Shown: positions 30,662 through 40,953, counted from the first letter of the stretch. The stretch: DNA of 64,000 nucleotides from Bacteroidia bacterium (GCA_965216465.1 CBDCFW010000006.1:320001-384000); one strand, 5' to 3'. Notes: generated from the letters alone by a model not told the origin. Translations and numbers: made by a program.

Positions 30662-30774
30662 AATAAATCACAATTTGATGTTGTGATTTAATAACTATTA
30701 GTACGAGTTTTGATATAGTATTGTCGGATAAATTCATAGATATTTGAGTACATTAACTAGCCAATTTACCTTCT

Positions 30775-32772
30775 ATGAATCATCCATATACTTTTAAAAA
30801 CAAATCACTTAAGCCCACTACATATGTAATTTTGATGTTTGCGATGCTGCAATTTGCCAATAATGTGAATGCACAATGTCCTGATGTCAATGACCTGGAC
30901 CTAAAACCATTTTATGACTCAATCACTAAAATAAATAGCCCTTGTTTCGCAAAATGGTATTCTAATGAGGAGCAACATAAATTGGCAATAGAAAAAATTG
31001 ATTACTATCTACTAGAGCTAAAAGATGTAGAGCTTACTAAAAATTACACAAGAGCAGGAAAACTAAGCGAAAATATAAATTATGATATTCTGGATTCACT
31101 TGAGAAGTGGAAAGATACATCGACAAATAGAGCGGACAAAAAGCACTACGACCAACTTGCGAAGGATGAGAAAGAACGCTTATTATCCAAAAGCTACAAT
31201 ATGCGATTTGGCCTGATGGAAAGTCTAGTGTTTTTAACTGGCATGCACAACAACTCTCCAATTTATGAAGTGAAAGGTTATCTTTCTTATATAAAGAATA
31301 GAGAAACTTTACGCGATCTTTATGCTGAATACACCTACTTGCAAAAGTTTAATAAACTCGACCTTCCTCTGAACGAGCACCTAATTCTCCGAAACTTGAA
31401 CGCAACTTCAGAAAGGCTTGAGTATATTGATGACAATAATTTGGCAATGTACAAAAGTTACTACTCAAAAAAAGATAGGTACAAGGGTGTATTGCTTGAA
31501 CATGGAAATGACATATTTATCGATGGAGGAAAACTGGGCATTAATCAAGACAGAGAAATGACAGGATCGTTTCGGCTAAGTGTTAATACTGATTATTTTC
31601 AAGCCCGTTTTTTAAACTACCATTGGCTACTTCAAAAGCTTACAAATAGAAAGGAAGAATATATCAATATTCTTCAAAGACCAGTTAATGAAGTATTAAG
31701 TTATCAATCTATATCTTTTGGGGGTGCTGGATACACACCTTACATAAGATATCAAGATAATTTTGAACTTGCAGACTCGTTTCATTTTCGTGATCGTCCT
31801 TTTGCTTCAAATATGTACATATCGCGTTCAAAATATAGATTGTGGCAACGTGGACTTTTAAGACATCATGGAGAATTTCAAATTGGATTAATTGGGAAAG
31901 AGTCTCCAGATGCCATTCAAGCGGTCTTACATCGCGATGTTGTTACTAGTTCTCAACGTGTTTATGGATGGCACAAACAAGTAGGCAACGGGGGCAGACT
32001 TTTCTATCAGATAAACCACGAATTCAATTGGTTACTATTCTCAAATACGAATAAGTATCCTGCACTTATCAATAAACTATTAAACGATAGTTTTAAGGTT
32101 GGTCCAACCCGTAGATACAAAAAGTGGGAAAAATATGAGCGTGGAATTGGTAAAAAACCAAGGATTAAAAAGTCTGCAAATGAAATTGCAAATGGGCTAC
32201 TTTTCACTAAATACAATGGAGTAAATCTAACTGGTGACTTAAAAATTCAATATGGTGGTTTATTAACTGCGGCTACAGCAGGGTTTCGCTTTTCTACATT
32301 AGATCTAACTCACCAGTCAGGACAAAAAATGGTTATCTCACGCCGAGACAATATTTACAAATACGGATGGCATTTTGAGGCTGGGGCAGCTCTTCAATAT
32401 GTTCAGCATAATACGATGTTGGAAGGATTGGGCGTTTGGAATACCTATGAGAACGATTTATTTGACATTGACGAGGTAGACTTTCACACCTTTGGTGATA
32501 TTGAAATGAATAGATTGCTTTGGATAGTTGATTGGAAATTAGTGCTGAGATGGAGAAAAATGAGTTTTCATTTTGAACAATTATATCATAAAATGGAATA
32601 TTCCATTGAACCATATGATTTAAACTCCCCTTTTGTCACAAGCTTTGTCAATACGCTTGATGAAAAAAGAACTACTCATTATAACAATAAAATAAAAAAG
32701 GAATATGGCTCACTTCAAGAATTGGGTTTTTATGGTTATGGCACTATAGGAATGACATGGATTATTGATTAA
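30775..32772 (+). CDS. LpxR/DUF2219-like outer membrane barrel with N-terminal extension
   Basis: GND..DREMTG, YTP, DRPFAS, IQAVLH, GWHKQ and C-terminal YGTIGMTW resemble LpxR-family motifs. Confidence 0.6.
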   Translation: MNHPYTFKNKSLKPTTYVILMFAMLQFANNVNAQCPDVNDLDLKPFYDSITKINSPCFAKWYSNEEQHKLAIEKIDYYLLELKDVELTKNYTRAGKLSENINYDILDSLEKWKDTSTNRADKKHYDQLAKDEKERLLSKSYNMRFGLMESLVFLTGMHNNSPIYEVKGYLSYIKNRETLRDLYAEYTYLQKFNKLDLPLNEHLILRNLNATSERLEYIDDNNLAMYKSYYSKKDRYKGVLLEHGNDIFIDGGKLGINQDREMTGSFRLSVNTDYFQARFLNYHWLLQKLTNRKEEYINILQRPVNEVLSYQSISFGGAGYTPYIRYQDNFELADSFHFRDRPFASNMYISRSKYRLWQRGLLRHHGEFQIGLIGKESPDAIQAVLHRDVVTSSQRVYGWHKQVGNGGRLFYQINHEFNWLLFSNTNKYPALINKLLNDSFKVGPTRRYKKWEKYERGIGKKPRIKKSANEIANGLLFTKYNGVNLTGDLKIQYGGLLTAATAGFRFSTLDLTHQSGQKMVISRRDNIYKYGWHFEAGAALQYVQHNTMLEGLGVWNTYENDLFDIDEVDFHTFGDIEMNRLLWIVDWKLVLRWRKMSFHFEQLYHKMEYSIEPYDLNSPFVTSFVNTLDEKRTTHYNNKIKKEYGSLQELGFYGYGTIGMTWIID

Positions 32773-32896
32773 TAGAACACCAGAAATTTAGATTTCATCA
32801 TAACCATCTTTGTAGGTAAAATAGCCTTTCCAGCGTTCAATAGATTCAGGTTTTTTCATTTCAATACTCAAAGTTATTCAATCTGCGTTTACTTTT

Positions 32897-33442
32897 ATGC
32901 CCCATCTAATGAAGAATTCAGCATCCATAACCACAATAATTTTTGGGCTTATGTTCATTGTGGCTTGTGGCAATTTGCAATTCGCGAATCGCGAATCGGA
33001 TTACTGGTTTCTATATTACGACGAGGAGTATGATGTTAGCGGATATCTTGACACAGATAAACAAATTCAAATTGATTTTGGTGAGTATACAACCTGCTAC
33101 ACAGATACATTTAAACAGTACGCTATTGTATTGCATCATGACTATGGATTTATAGGCATTAATCGTAAACAGAAAATTTTATTTCGGGTTTATCCATTCG
33201 ACAACGGGCCAGATTATCCGCAAGAAGGCATGTTTAGAATTGTAGAAGATGGTAAAATAGGATATGTCAGAGCATCTGATGGCAAAATTGTAATTGCTCC
33301 AAAATATGCATGTGCCTACCCTTTTGAAGATGGGAAAGCAAAAGTTACTGATGAGTGTGAGGTCATTAAAGAAGGAGAACATTCTGTACCACAAAGCGAT
33401 AGCTGGTATTACATTGACCACAGGGGCAAAGCGGTAGAATAG
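32897..33442 (+). CDS. WG-repeat lipoprotein
   Basis: Lipobox IVAC; FDNGPDYPQEG, GKIGY, PFEDGKAKV, YYIDHRG. Confidence 0.75.
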   Translation: MPHLMKNSASITTIIFGLMFIVACGNLQFANRESDYWFLYYDEEYDVSGYLDTDKQIQIDFGEYTTCYTDTFKQYAIVLHHDYGFIGINRKQKILFRVYPFDNGPDYPQEGMFRIVEDGKIGYVRASDGKIVIAPKYACAYPFEDGKAKVTDECEVIKEGEHSVPQSDSWYYIDHRGKAVE

Positions 33443-33462
33443 CCAGCTTATTGGTAAAAAAG

Positions 33463-33687
33463 TTAGTTATTCTTTGAAGATTTTAGAGGGAAGAAAATCA
33501 CCCAAAGGGCCAAGATTAAAATTGTCGTTAACAGCCCAATCCCAACTCTCAAACCAGTAATATCTAGTTGACCCGGTTCAGGCGTCCCAAGGTTTATTAT
33601 CCACCAAAACCACTCGGCCAAAATAGCTAAAAATACCATCACCTTCTTGGGGCGAGGCCAACTTCTTATGGTTTTTATGGGTTTCAA
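33463..33687 (-). CDS. Small 2-TM hypothetical protein
   Basis: Two hydrophobic segments; start overlaps the upstream stop. Confidence 0.5.
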   Translation of the reverse strand: MKPIKTIRSWPRPKKVMVFLAILAEWFWWIINLGTPEPGQLDITGLRVGIGLLTTILILALWVIFFPLKSSKNN

Positions 33688-34811
33688 AGTTTTACTATTC
33701 TTGATTGATAGCTTTTGCCATCTTCCACAAAACTAATTAGATAAACCCCTTCAGGTAAGTCTTTTATGTTGTATTTATTGGTTTCGTTTGGAACCAAGTT
33801 TTTAACAACTCTCCCTTGTAAGTCGGTGACTGTTATTGTTGAAATACTTGCGAAATTTTTCTTTATAGCAAACGATGATGTCGTAGGGTTAGGGTAAAGC
33901 ATTCCTGCACCTGAAGTCAATTCTTGAACACTAACCAAATCCTTTACTTCAACATTTAATGTGAAGGTATTCGACAAGTTCCCTGCGCTGTCTTTTGTTT
34001 GAAATACGGTTGAATATGAACCCTTTGCATTTACATTCACGTCATTTTGAATGATGTTTAAACTATCCCACAAGAATTCCTGTGAACAATGGTTATCTGA
34101 CAGTACAATGTGGTCACTATAGGTGTAAACAGAGTCTTTTTCTAGAACAATACTTGAGCCATCCAGTGCACTTATCACTGGGTGAATTGTATCGATTACG
34201 TATACCGTTCTTATCAAAGTAACTGAATTGTTAGTACTACACTTGTTTGGTGGTGTTTCTACATAGTAAGTAACTTGATATTCTCCTAATACCGATGTGT
34301 TTACAGCATTTGTAACTTGAACACGATTTGTTAGGTCGCCATAGGTCTCGTCTAGGGCAGTAAACGAAGAAGGGGTAAATGATGAATCTACCTGAACATA
34401 GGCTGTATCACGGTTAGACAACGTAATAATAGGTGGAGTATTGTCGCTCACTACATAAATCACACGAGTTACTGTATCAGAAATATTTCCATCCGAATCC
34501 GCAGCAACGTATTTCAGGTAATGGGTCCCTAAATACCGAGTGTCAATATTCGCTCCGAACACCAATAGACTTGAAGTTACATCTCCATCACAACTATCAT
34601 ATGCCGTAGCTCCAGGGTCAACAAAAGTTAGAGTCACTTCAATACACATTGTATCACTTCCATTCAATGTAATTACAGGTGGAATGGTGTCATTCGCACA
34701 ATAGGTCTTAGTCGTTTTGTGAGTTTCTGGATTAATGGCCGAGACAATTGGGCTCAACGAAACGAGAATCAATAGCAGAAGCCAATTCTGAGATAGAGTG
34801 ATTCGATTCAT
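33684..34811 (-). CDS. T9SS type A sorting-domain protein with DUF5011/HYR-like Ig repeats
   Basis: DT.PP.ITL.G, DPGATAYD..DGD repeats; CTD LYPNP..DLQGR..GVYL..RIVKL. Confidence 0.85.
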   Translation of the reverse strand: MNRITLSQNWLLLLILVSLSPIVSAINPETHKTTKTYCANDTIPPVITLNGSDTMCIEVTLTFVDPGATAYDSCDGDVTSSLLVFGANIDTRYLGTHYLKYVAADSDGNISDTVTRVIYVVSDNTPPIITLSNRDTAYVQVDSSFTPSSFTALDETYGDLTNRVQVTNAVNTSVLGEYQVTYYVETPPNKCSTNNSVTLIRTVYVIDTIHPVISALDGSSIVLEKDSVYTYSDHIVLSDNHCSQEFLWDSLNIIQNDVNVNAKGSYSTVFQTKDSAGNLSNTFTLNVEVKDLVSVQELTSGAGMLYPNPTTSSFAIKKNFASISTITVTDLQGRVVKNLVPNETNKYNIKDLPEGVYLISFVEDGKSYQSRIVKL

Positions 34812-34853
34812 TATTGAATTAGACCCCTCAATGTGAAATGGTTGCAAGAATAA

Positions 34854-35063
34854 TTACAATGCCTTCAATATCTTTTGTGCGTCTTCCTGCTTATCCGACT
34901 CAACAAACAATTCGACACTGTTTTGCGGTACTGCGAATCCAGCCATTAAGGCTGAGTCGACATTGTTTTTTAAGAATACTGAAATTCCATCTTCTTCTAA
35001 AATGGAAGCAAGACGTTGAGCTTCTATCAGCTCTCCTACAAATATTTTGATAAGGTTGTTCAT
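34854..35063 (-). CDS. DUF2007-like small protein
   Basis: EAQ.LASILE..GI and VELFV...D...A pattern. Confidence 0.7.
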   Translation of the reverse strand: MNNLIKIFVGELIEAQRLASILEEDGISVFLKNNVDSALMAGFAVPQNSVELFVESDKQEDAQKILKAL

Positions 35064-35283
35064 GGCTGACTATAAAGTTAACACTTATTCTTCGAATGTG
35101 GCTAGCCTATAGTCTAATTGAATCGTTTCGACGATGAATTTACACTTCGTTCGCTACATCTTTTAATAGATTACTACCAGGTGGTATGCTTTTCTGCGTG
35201 TTTATTCAGAACCTGCATAAATTAGGACTTCCATTTTTTGAGAATCTAACGTTTTGGAATAATTCTTGTCAATATTGTAATCG

Positions 35284-35880
35284 ATGCAACACAAATTATC
35301 CATCATACTCGCAAAACCAAAAGCCCGTATTCCTTTTCTCACAATCGCGGTGTTTATATTTCTATTCGGACATGCTCAAAATCCAGGTAAAATTGGATCT
35401 ACTAAAAACTATATCGGAATTCAACCTTCCTTTTTGATGGAACCCTACGACACCATCGATGCTCTTGAAGTCAATATTCTACCTTTGGTATTTGAACATC
35501 GCTTCGATTCAACTTCAGGAATTCAATTCAGAACGATTGTGAACTACCGCTTTTTAGAAGGTGGTTCTGGAATAAGCCAAACTGGAATGTTTGTTGGCTT
35601 CAACAAATACACCAACTTAATCTGGGGAACTGACTGGCTGGATTTTCGCTATGCACCTTTTACTACTTATGCGTACAATCAACTTGACAAAATCCACACT
35701 GTAACTTTGGGAATAGAACCGGGATTCAGGATGAGAACCAAAAGCAGATTTAGCTTAGACGTTGCAGTACAACCGGGCATCAATTACTATCCGGATAAAT
35801 TTTCAAGAGATTTTGTAGAGACAGAATCAGGATTCAAATCCCACTTTGGAATTATGTTTCATGCAGGGGTCAATTTTTAG
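35284..35880 (+). CDS. Hypothetical small outer-membrane beta-barrel
   Basis: Signal peptide, amphipathic strands, C-terminal HAGVNF. Confidence 0.6.
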   Translation: MQHKLSIILAKPKARIPFLTIAVFIFLFGHAQNPGKIGSTKNYIGIQPSFLMEPYDTIDALEVNILPLVFEHRFDSTSGIQFRTIVNYRFLEGGSGISQTGMFVGFNKYTNLIWGTDWLDFRYAPFTTYAYNQLDKIHTVTLGIEPGFRMRTKSRFSLDVAVQPGINYYPDKFSRDFVETESGFKSHFGIMFHAGVNF

Positions 35881-35885
35881 TGTAT

Positions 35886-36569
35886 CTATTCGACGTTCAG
35901 TGGTAAAACAAATTGACATCTAACGGACTTACCATAATGCTGAGCAGGTGTAAAATTTGGCAGTGTTCGAATAGCTTCAAGTATGGTCTCATTTGCATCT
36001 TTGTTTGAACTTTTGTGCATCTCAACATTTGAAACAGAACCATCCACCTCCACCACAAATGATACTTGATATTCTCCCACATTAGACTTCTGAGTTGACA
36101 ACGACTCATCTAAAGAGGCTTTTAGCTGGTCATCTCCTCCAATAAAACTTGGCATCGAATCGACAATTTGAAAAACAAATCCGGAATCAATTTTTTCCTG
36201 AAGATTGGCCATAAATTGTTTTTCAGCTTCCCCCTGGGCCCGTGCCATTACATCGGCACCAAATTTCTGCTCGACAAGTTCATTCATTTTCTTTGCATAG
36301 CACTTCGTTCCTTCACTTGTTTCGCAGCCAGCATTGGTAACATCTATGGAATAGGTCTGGAGCATGTAGTCTTCATAAAACTTTTGAAACTCCCAGTCGA
36401 GGCGGATCATCAATCCATAAGAATGCAATTTATAGACACCATTGCTAGCGTCTTTTATTGCTTGATTCTGAGCCTCTTCGCAGGTTGAATCAAGAATAGT
36501 TTTCTCTACTTCTGATGAGGAATTGCAGGAGAACAGAACTAGACAAAAGAGTACAAGATTGAGTTTCAT
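35886..36569 (-). CDS. Lipoprotein with TonB C-terminal domain
   Basis: Lipobox LFSC; MPSFIGG, FVVEVDGSV, FTPAQHYGKSVR. Confidence 0.8.
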   Translation of the reverse strand: MKLNLVLFCLVLFSCNSSSEVEKTILDSTCEEAQNQAIKDASNGVYKLHSYGLMIRLDWEFQKFYEDYMLQTYSIDVTNAGCETSEGTKCYAKKMNELVEQKFGADVMARAQGEAEKQFMANLQEKIDSGFVFQIVDSMPSFIGGDDQLKASLDESLSTQKSNVGEYQVSFVVEVDGSVSNVEMHKSSNKDANETILEAIRTLPNFTPAQHYGKSVRCQFVLPLNVE

Positions 36570-36789
36570 TTATACAAAAAACGATAGAAATGCCAAAATA
36601 GTTCGACGTTTGAGACTATGAATGCAAAATTGTAAGGTTAAGCTTAGCAGACAACATAAATATTTTACTGGCGTTATATTGTAGATAAGTTGAGTTATGA
36701 AAGCCTACGGATATGTCTTGATCTAGATCGTATCACTATTGCAATCCAAATAGCTGTTAGTAAATTCGGAAGACAAAAAAAATTGAACT

Positions 36790-37644
36790 ATGAAACGAAG
36801 ATTGATCTTTAAAACATTCTTGTTTTTAGCTTTATTTCCTGCTTTGGATACCTATGCCACGGCCCAATTCGGAGATCTGTTGGTTGATGGCAAAGACACT
36901 TTCTTGCTTTATTGCAATCCACTAGAGTCGTACCTAGATACCAAATATGAGCGTGCGATAGGTGGTGTAGAATTAACTCCATCAAGCACGGCCTGCAATC
37001 GAGGATATCAGGCAACCTGGGAGCTGAGAAACGATAGTTTGTTCCTCGTTGAATTGATGCAGGGTTGCTATACTTCTAAAACAGATACTCCGCATTTCAT
37101 TAACCTCGCGGAGGAGTTTGGAAGCAACATTGTTTTTGCAAAATGGTTTAGTGGAAGCTTATACAGTCCGCGAGGCGGTATCTTGCGTTATATTCACGCA
37201 GGCTATGCATCCATTTATGAAAGGGAAAAATATTATCACCTGAAAAATGGAAGCGTTGACTTATCGTACTTACATCACAATATCATTTACGAAGAAGGAA
37301 AAATTAGACCCTCGCAATTTGCCTTGTCTGACACATTAGAGCTGTTGATAATCAACAATTTAGACACTTCACTATTTTCTCAATTCGAGGACAAAGAACT
37401 CTGTAATTTAACCATCTTTTTTACCGCAAAAGGAGAACTTGACACCGTCTTGCAGACTTACGCTTTTGACGGGACTACCAACTTTGAAACAATCATGTAT
37501 AAAGCGACACATGCAGTACTTGCTAATTTCCCGCCGCTTATGAGAATTAAGCACGAAAGCATCGATCGAATTATTACGACCCTATCATTTAGTTCGCATT
37601 GCATTATGTATCCCGAAGATTATGAATATGGCTGCGGTAGGTGA
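36790..37644 (+). CDS. Hypothetical secreted protein
   Basis: Signal peptide; TAQFGD, NPLE, STACNRGYQATWEL, VFAKWFSG. Confidence 0.65.
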   Translation: MKRRLIFKTFLFLALFPALDTYATAQFGDLLVDGKDTFLLYCNPLESYLDTKYERAIGGVELTPSSTACNRGYQATWELRNDSLFLVELMQGCYTSKTDTPHFINLAEEFGSNIVFAKWFSGSLYSPRGGILRYIHAGYASIYEREKYYHLKNGSVDLSYLHHNIIYEEGKIRPSQFALSDTLELLIINNLDTSLFSQFEDKELCNLTIFFTAKGELDTVLQTYAFDGTTNFETIMYKATHAVLANFPPLMRIKHESIDRIITTLSFSSHCIMYPEDYEYGCGR

Positions 37645-37724
37645 AGTGCTCGGACAAATTCTTTGGTATGCGGCAAATCTGAAATGTCGTAGGGATTATA
37701 CCAAAAACTCATTCCAGAAAATTT

Positions 37725-38072
37725 TTGAAATATATTAGTCGCTTGGAACCTTTTGTCTACAATTTTGTCGCTCCATATTTTAAACATCATTGGAGCAGTT
37801 ATTTTTATATAGATCGCCAACAGTTCTACTATAAATTAACTCTACATTCAGATTATCTTGAGGTAAAATCGTACCTAATAGTTTTGCGATTTTTTTGGCC
37901 GATTCGTAAAAAAGAGGCGACAATTAATTATAACGATATTGTAGACGTTGACATCAAGAAAAAAGAGGTGAAGATCAGGTTTCGATATAATGGCAAGATC
38001 TTAACTTACGTAATCTACCACTACGATGGCCAGAAGATTTATGAGTTCTTGCAGAAGGCATGTCAACCGTAG
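37725..38072 (+). CDS. Hypothetical protein
   Basis: 115-aa ORF with TTG start; no recognised motif. Confidence 0.4.
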   Translation: MKYISRLEPFVYNFVAPYFKHHWSSYFYIDRQQFYYKLTLHSDYLEVKSYLIVLRFFWPIRKKEATINYNDIVDVDIKKKEVKIRFRYNGKILTYVIYHYDGQKIYEFLQKACQP

Positions 38073-38136
38073 ACGTGAGCGTTTAACCATGTTAGAAGTG
38101 AAATATTCATCTGCTTTAATACGTTTTTCATTTACA

Positions 38137-38691
38137 ATGAAACTCTTCATCATAAGCTACCTTTTAATGCTTGGACTAACAGTAGAGGCTCAAAACTTTG
38201 CGAAACTACAAGCCGAAATTAACGATGTAAAAGACAGTGTTGATGCCAGTCGCAATTATACTCGAGTTGATTCAAATAGGCGAATCATTTTCGAAGTGGA
38301 ATTTGACCGATTGATGGCTCCGACTTACTATTCCAAGTCTTTTGGTGACGAACAACATGTGATCCGTATTTACTTCCACAACAATGAGATTACAAACTTT
38401 TGGATCACAAAAACACCTTATCAGTCTGACGGCAGATATTTGGAAAGACCATCTGTGCTCTACTCATGCTTAAGGTATAAAAACACCTTTAAAACAACAA
38501 CTTCGTTCCGTAATAATAAGCAATTTATCCAACTCCAATCTGAATTCAAAGAAGGCCTTTTTGGTCGGGTAGTAGCAAAAACATCGATGTATCAGAATCA
38601 CGAAAAGGTAAAGCGAATTGCTCGCTCTCGAGAAAAACACAGCCTCAGTTTTGAGTACTTTTTGAATGAGCTGGAATATGACATCTGGTGA
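38137..38691 (+). CDS. Hypothetical secreted protein
   Basis: Signal peptide MKLFIISYLLMLGLTVEAQ. Confidence 0.55.
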   Translation: MKLFIISYLLMLGLTVEAQNFAKLQAEINDVKDSVDASRNYTRVDSNRRIIFEVEFDRLMAPTYYSKSFGDEQHVIRIYFHNNEITNFWITKTPYQSDGRYLERPSVLYSCLRYKNTFKTTTSFRNNKQFIQLQSEFKEGLFGRVVAKTSMYQNHEKVKRIARSREKHSLSFEYFLNELEYDIW

Positions 38692-38732
38692 CAAAGCATT
38701 CTTTTTCGATTTATTTTTGACAAGCTAGAAAG

Positions 38733-39023
38733 ATTAAGAAAACAATTGTCATAAACGGAACAAAGATTCATGATGAAGCCTCTTTTTATGATGAAATTGA
38801 ACGCGTACTGACACAAAATCTGAAGTTTACCACTGCTCATAACTTGAATGCATTCAATGATTTATTGTGGGGAGGACATGGAGTACATGAATACGAAGAA
38901 GCCATAGTATTAATCTGGAAAGACTTCGAACATTCTCGATCAAAGTTGGAAAAAGACTTTGTTGAAGCTGCGGTGCAAATTATTGAATCACATAAGCATA
39001 TCTCATTTCGAACCGTTGACTAG
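38733..39023 (+). CDS. Barstar-family protein with ATT start (or start-codon-mutated pseudogene)
   Basis: Not in ORF track. 96-codon frame IKKTIVINGTKIHDEASFYDEI...HNLNAFNDLLWGGHG...LIWKD; in-frame TGA just upstream; TATTTTTG at 38712-38719. Confidence 0.7.
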   Translation: MKKTIVINGTKIHDEASFYDEIERVLTQNLKFTTAHNLNAFNDLLWGGHGVHEYEEAIVLIWKDFEHSRSKLEKDFVEAAVQIIESHKHISFRTVD

Positions 39024-39085
39024 AGGTATAAATATTGAGAGATCGCCACAGTAATTCGAAATAAAATCTTGGCGCAATTTTACTT

Positions 39086-39102
39086 AATGTTATTTTTACA
39101 CA
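39086..39102. promoter_or_regulatory. Putative NrtR autoregulatory operator
   Basis: AATGTTATTTTTACACA, GT-N7-AC core, 10 nt before the nrtR ATG. Confidence 0.55.
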
Positions 39103-39112
39103 AAATAAGAGA

Positions 39113-39796
39113 ATGACCGACAGGCAAAGAATAGATCTCACTGTGGATGCCGTAGTTTTTGGCTACGATCCAAGTGATGGTATATCCGTATTACTTATCA
39201 AGCGAAAATATGAGCCTTTTAAAGGAGAATGGGCTATTCCAGGTGGATTTGTTGCGAACGATGAATCGTTAGAACTAGCGGTTGAACGTGAGCTAAAAGA
39301 AGAAACCGGAATTCAAGTCAACTATTTGGAACAGCTTTACACCTTTGGCGAACCTTTCCGCGACCCAAGGAAAAGAGTTGTGACTGTAGCTTACTATGGA
39401 TTGGTAAAGTCATCCGCTTTTACGATACATGCCTCATCCGACGCTGAAGATGCTCAATGGTTCAATATTGCTAGCCTTCCTAAACTAGCATTTGATCACG
39501 TAGAGATTCTAAACATGGCTTTTGCTCGACTAAGAAGTAAAATATCTTACGAACCGATTGGCTTTGAATTATTGGACGAAAAGTTTCCGTTCTCTGAATT
39601 GCACAAGCTCTACGAAACCCTATACGGCACTGCAATTGACCGAAGAAACTTCAAGAAGAAATTTCTAAAACTCGGCATACTAAAAGAGCATAGCGAAAAG
39701 AATTCTGTTGGCCGAGGTAGACCAGGAATTATCTACAGCTTTGATCAAAAACAATATTTTAAACTTAAAAAGCAGGGAATCGTTTTTGCTATATAG
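39113..39796 (+). CDS. nrtR: NrtR-family Nudix-wHTH transcriptional regulator
   Basis: TVDAVVF, WAIPGGF..RELKEETG Nudix box, RDPR, LAFDH, DRRNFKKK..GRPG..Y wHTH. Confidence 0.92.
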   Translation: MTDRQRIDLTVDAVVFGYDPSDGISVLLIKRKYEPFKGEWAIPGGFVANDESLELAVERELKEETGIQVNYLEQLYTFGEPFRDPRKRVVTVAYYGLVKSSAFTIHASSDAEDAQWFNIASLPKLAFDHVEILNMAFARLRSKISYEPIGFELLDEKFPFSELHKLYETLYGTAIDRRNFKKKFLKLGILKEHSEKNSVGRGRPGIIYSFDQKQYFKLKKQGIVFAI

Positions 39797-39836
39797 CAAA
39801 TTTTTCTTCCTGTAAATCAGGACACTACATTCTTTT

Positions 39837-39853
39837 TGTGTATTTTTTACACA
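39837..39853. promoter_or_regulatory. Putative NrtR operator 1
   Basis: Perfect inverted repeat TGTGTA-TTTTT-TACACA (GT-N7-AC). Confidence 0.8.
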
Positions 39854-39883
39854 TATTATTTGTTTGTTCAAATCGTGTGCTTT

Positions 39884-39906
39884 TATATTTGTGTACACTT
39901 TACACA
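39884..39906 (+). promoter_or_regulatory. -7 promoter box overlapped by putative NrtR operator 2
   Basis: TATATTTG (39884-39891) overlaps TGTGTA-CACTT-TACACA (39890-39906); TTTG at 39859-39862 fits the -33 box. Confidence 0.8.
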
Positions 39907-39933
39907 TATTAAGTGTAATAAAAAATAAAAGTC

Positions 39934-40953
39934 ATGTTAGGATTTAATTATATCAAATTCGATTCAATGGATTACGTAATCCAATATCGAAACGGAAAAG
40001 TCAGAAGAAAAGGAAATGGACTGTCTTTTTTCTATTTCACTGCAAACAGTAGTTTAGTCAGCATTCCAGTTAAGAATATTGACCTCCCATTCATATTCGA
40101 AGAAATCACTTCCGATTTTCAAGACGTAACCGTACAGGGTCAACTTACCTTCAAAATCACCGATCCAGACCTTTTAAGTACACAAATGGATTTCACCGTT
40201 GACCATTACCGCAGACGCGTAACTGATGACATGGAAAAGCTTAGACAGCGATTGGTGAATGAAGCCCAAGCCTCAATTGCGGGTTTCGTTAACTCAATTA
40301 AAGTGACCGAGGTGTTAAGTAAACAGGCCGAAATTGGGCTAGAGCTGTCTAAAGAACTTACATCAAATCAACAAATTAAAGATCTTGGAATTAGTATTCT
40401 TGGCGTAAACATTATTCGTGTTAAAGCCACACCTGAAACTGCTCGTGCTTTAGAGGCTAAAACACGAGAAGCTATTCAACAAGAGGCAGACGAAGCCATC
40501 TATGGTCGTAGAAACTTTGCTGTTGAGCAAGAGCGCAAGATCAAAGAGAGTGAGCTAAACACCGAAATAGCGGTTGAAGAGAAGAACAAACAAATCGTTG
40601 AAAAGAAGATGCAAACCGATCTTGTTAAACATGAAAATGATCGCAAGCTCAAAGAGATGGAAGTCGAGGCTGCAATTTCTGTAGAGGAAAAGAATAAAGA
40701 TTTGGTTGACATGAAGACAGCAAACGACAAAAAAGAAGCAGATGCCCAAGCCTACCTTCTTGATGCAGTGATGAAGGTCTACAAAAATGTGGACTGGAAG
40801 ATTCTTTCTGCCTTGCAAGGCCAAGATAACAGTGCTGCATCGAATATCGCTTTGGCATTTCGTGAGTTGGCTGCCAACTCAGATAAAATCGGTACATTGA
40901 ATATTACCCCTGATCTATTGGATAGTTTATTGATTAAAACTGAGGAGAAATGA
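39934..40953 (+). CDS. SPFH/Band 7 domain protein with C-terminal coiled coil
   Basis: G.SFFY, T.DFQDVTVQGQLTFKI.DP, then an E/K/A-rich coiled coil (AVEQERKIKESELNTEIAVEEK). Confidence 0.88.
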   Translation: MLGFNYIKFDSMDYVIQYRNGKVRRKGNGLSFFYFTANSSLVSIPVKNIDLPFIFEEITSDFQDVTVQGQLTFKITDPDLLSTQMDFTVDHYRRRVTDDMEKLRQRLVNEAQASIAGFVNSIKVTEVLSKQAEIGLELSKELTSNQQIKDLGISILGVNIIRVKATPETARALEAKTREAIQQEADEAIYGRRNFAVEQERKIKESELNTEIAVEEKNKQIVEKKMQTDLVKHENDRKLKEMEVEAAISVEEKNKDLVDMKTANDKKEADAQAYLLDAVMKVYKNVDWKILSALQGQDNSAASNIALAFRELAANSDKIGTLNITPDLLDSLLIKTEEK

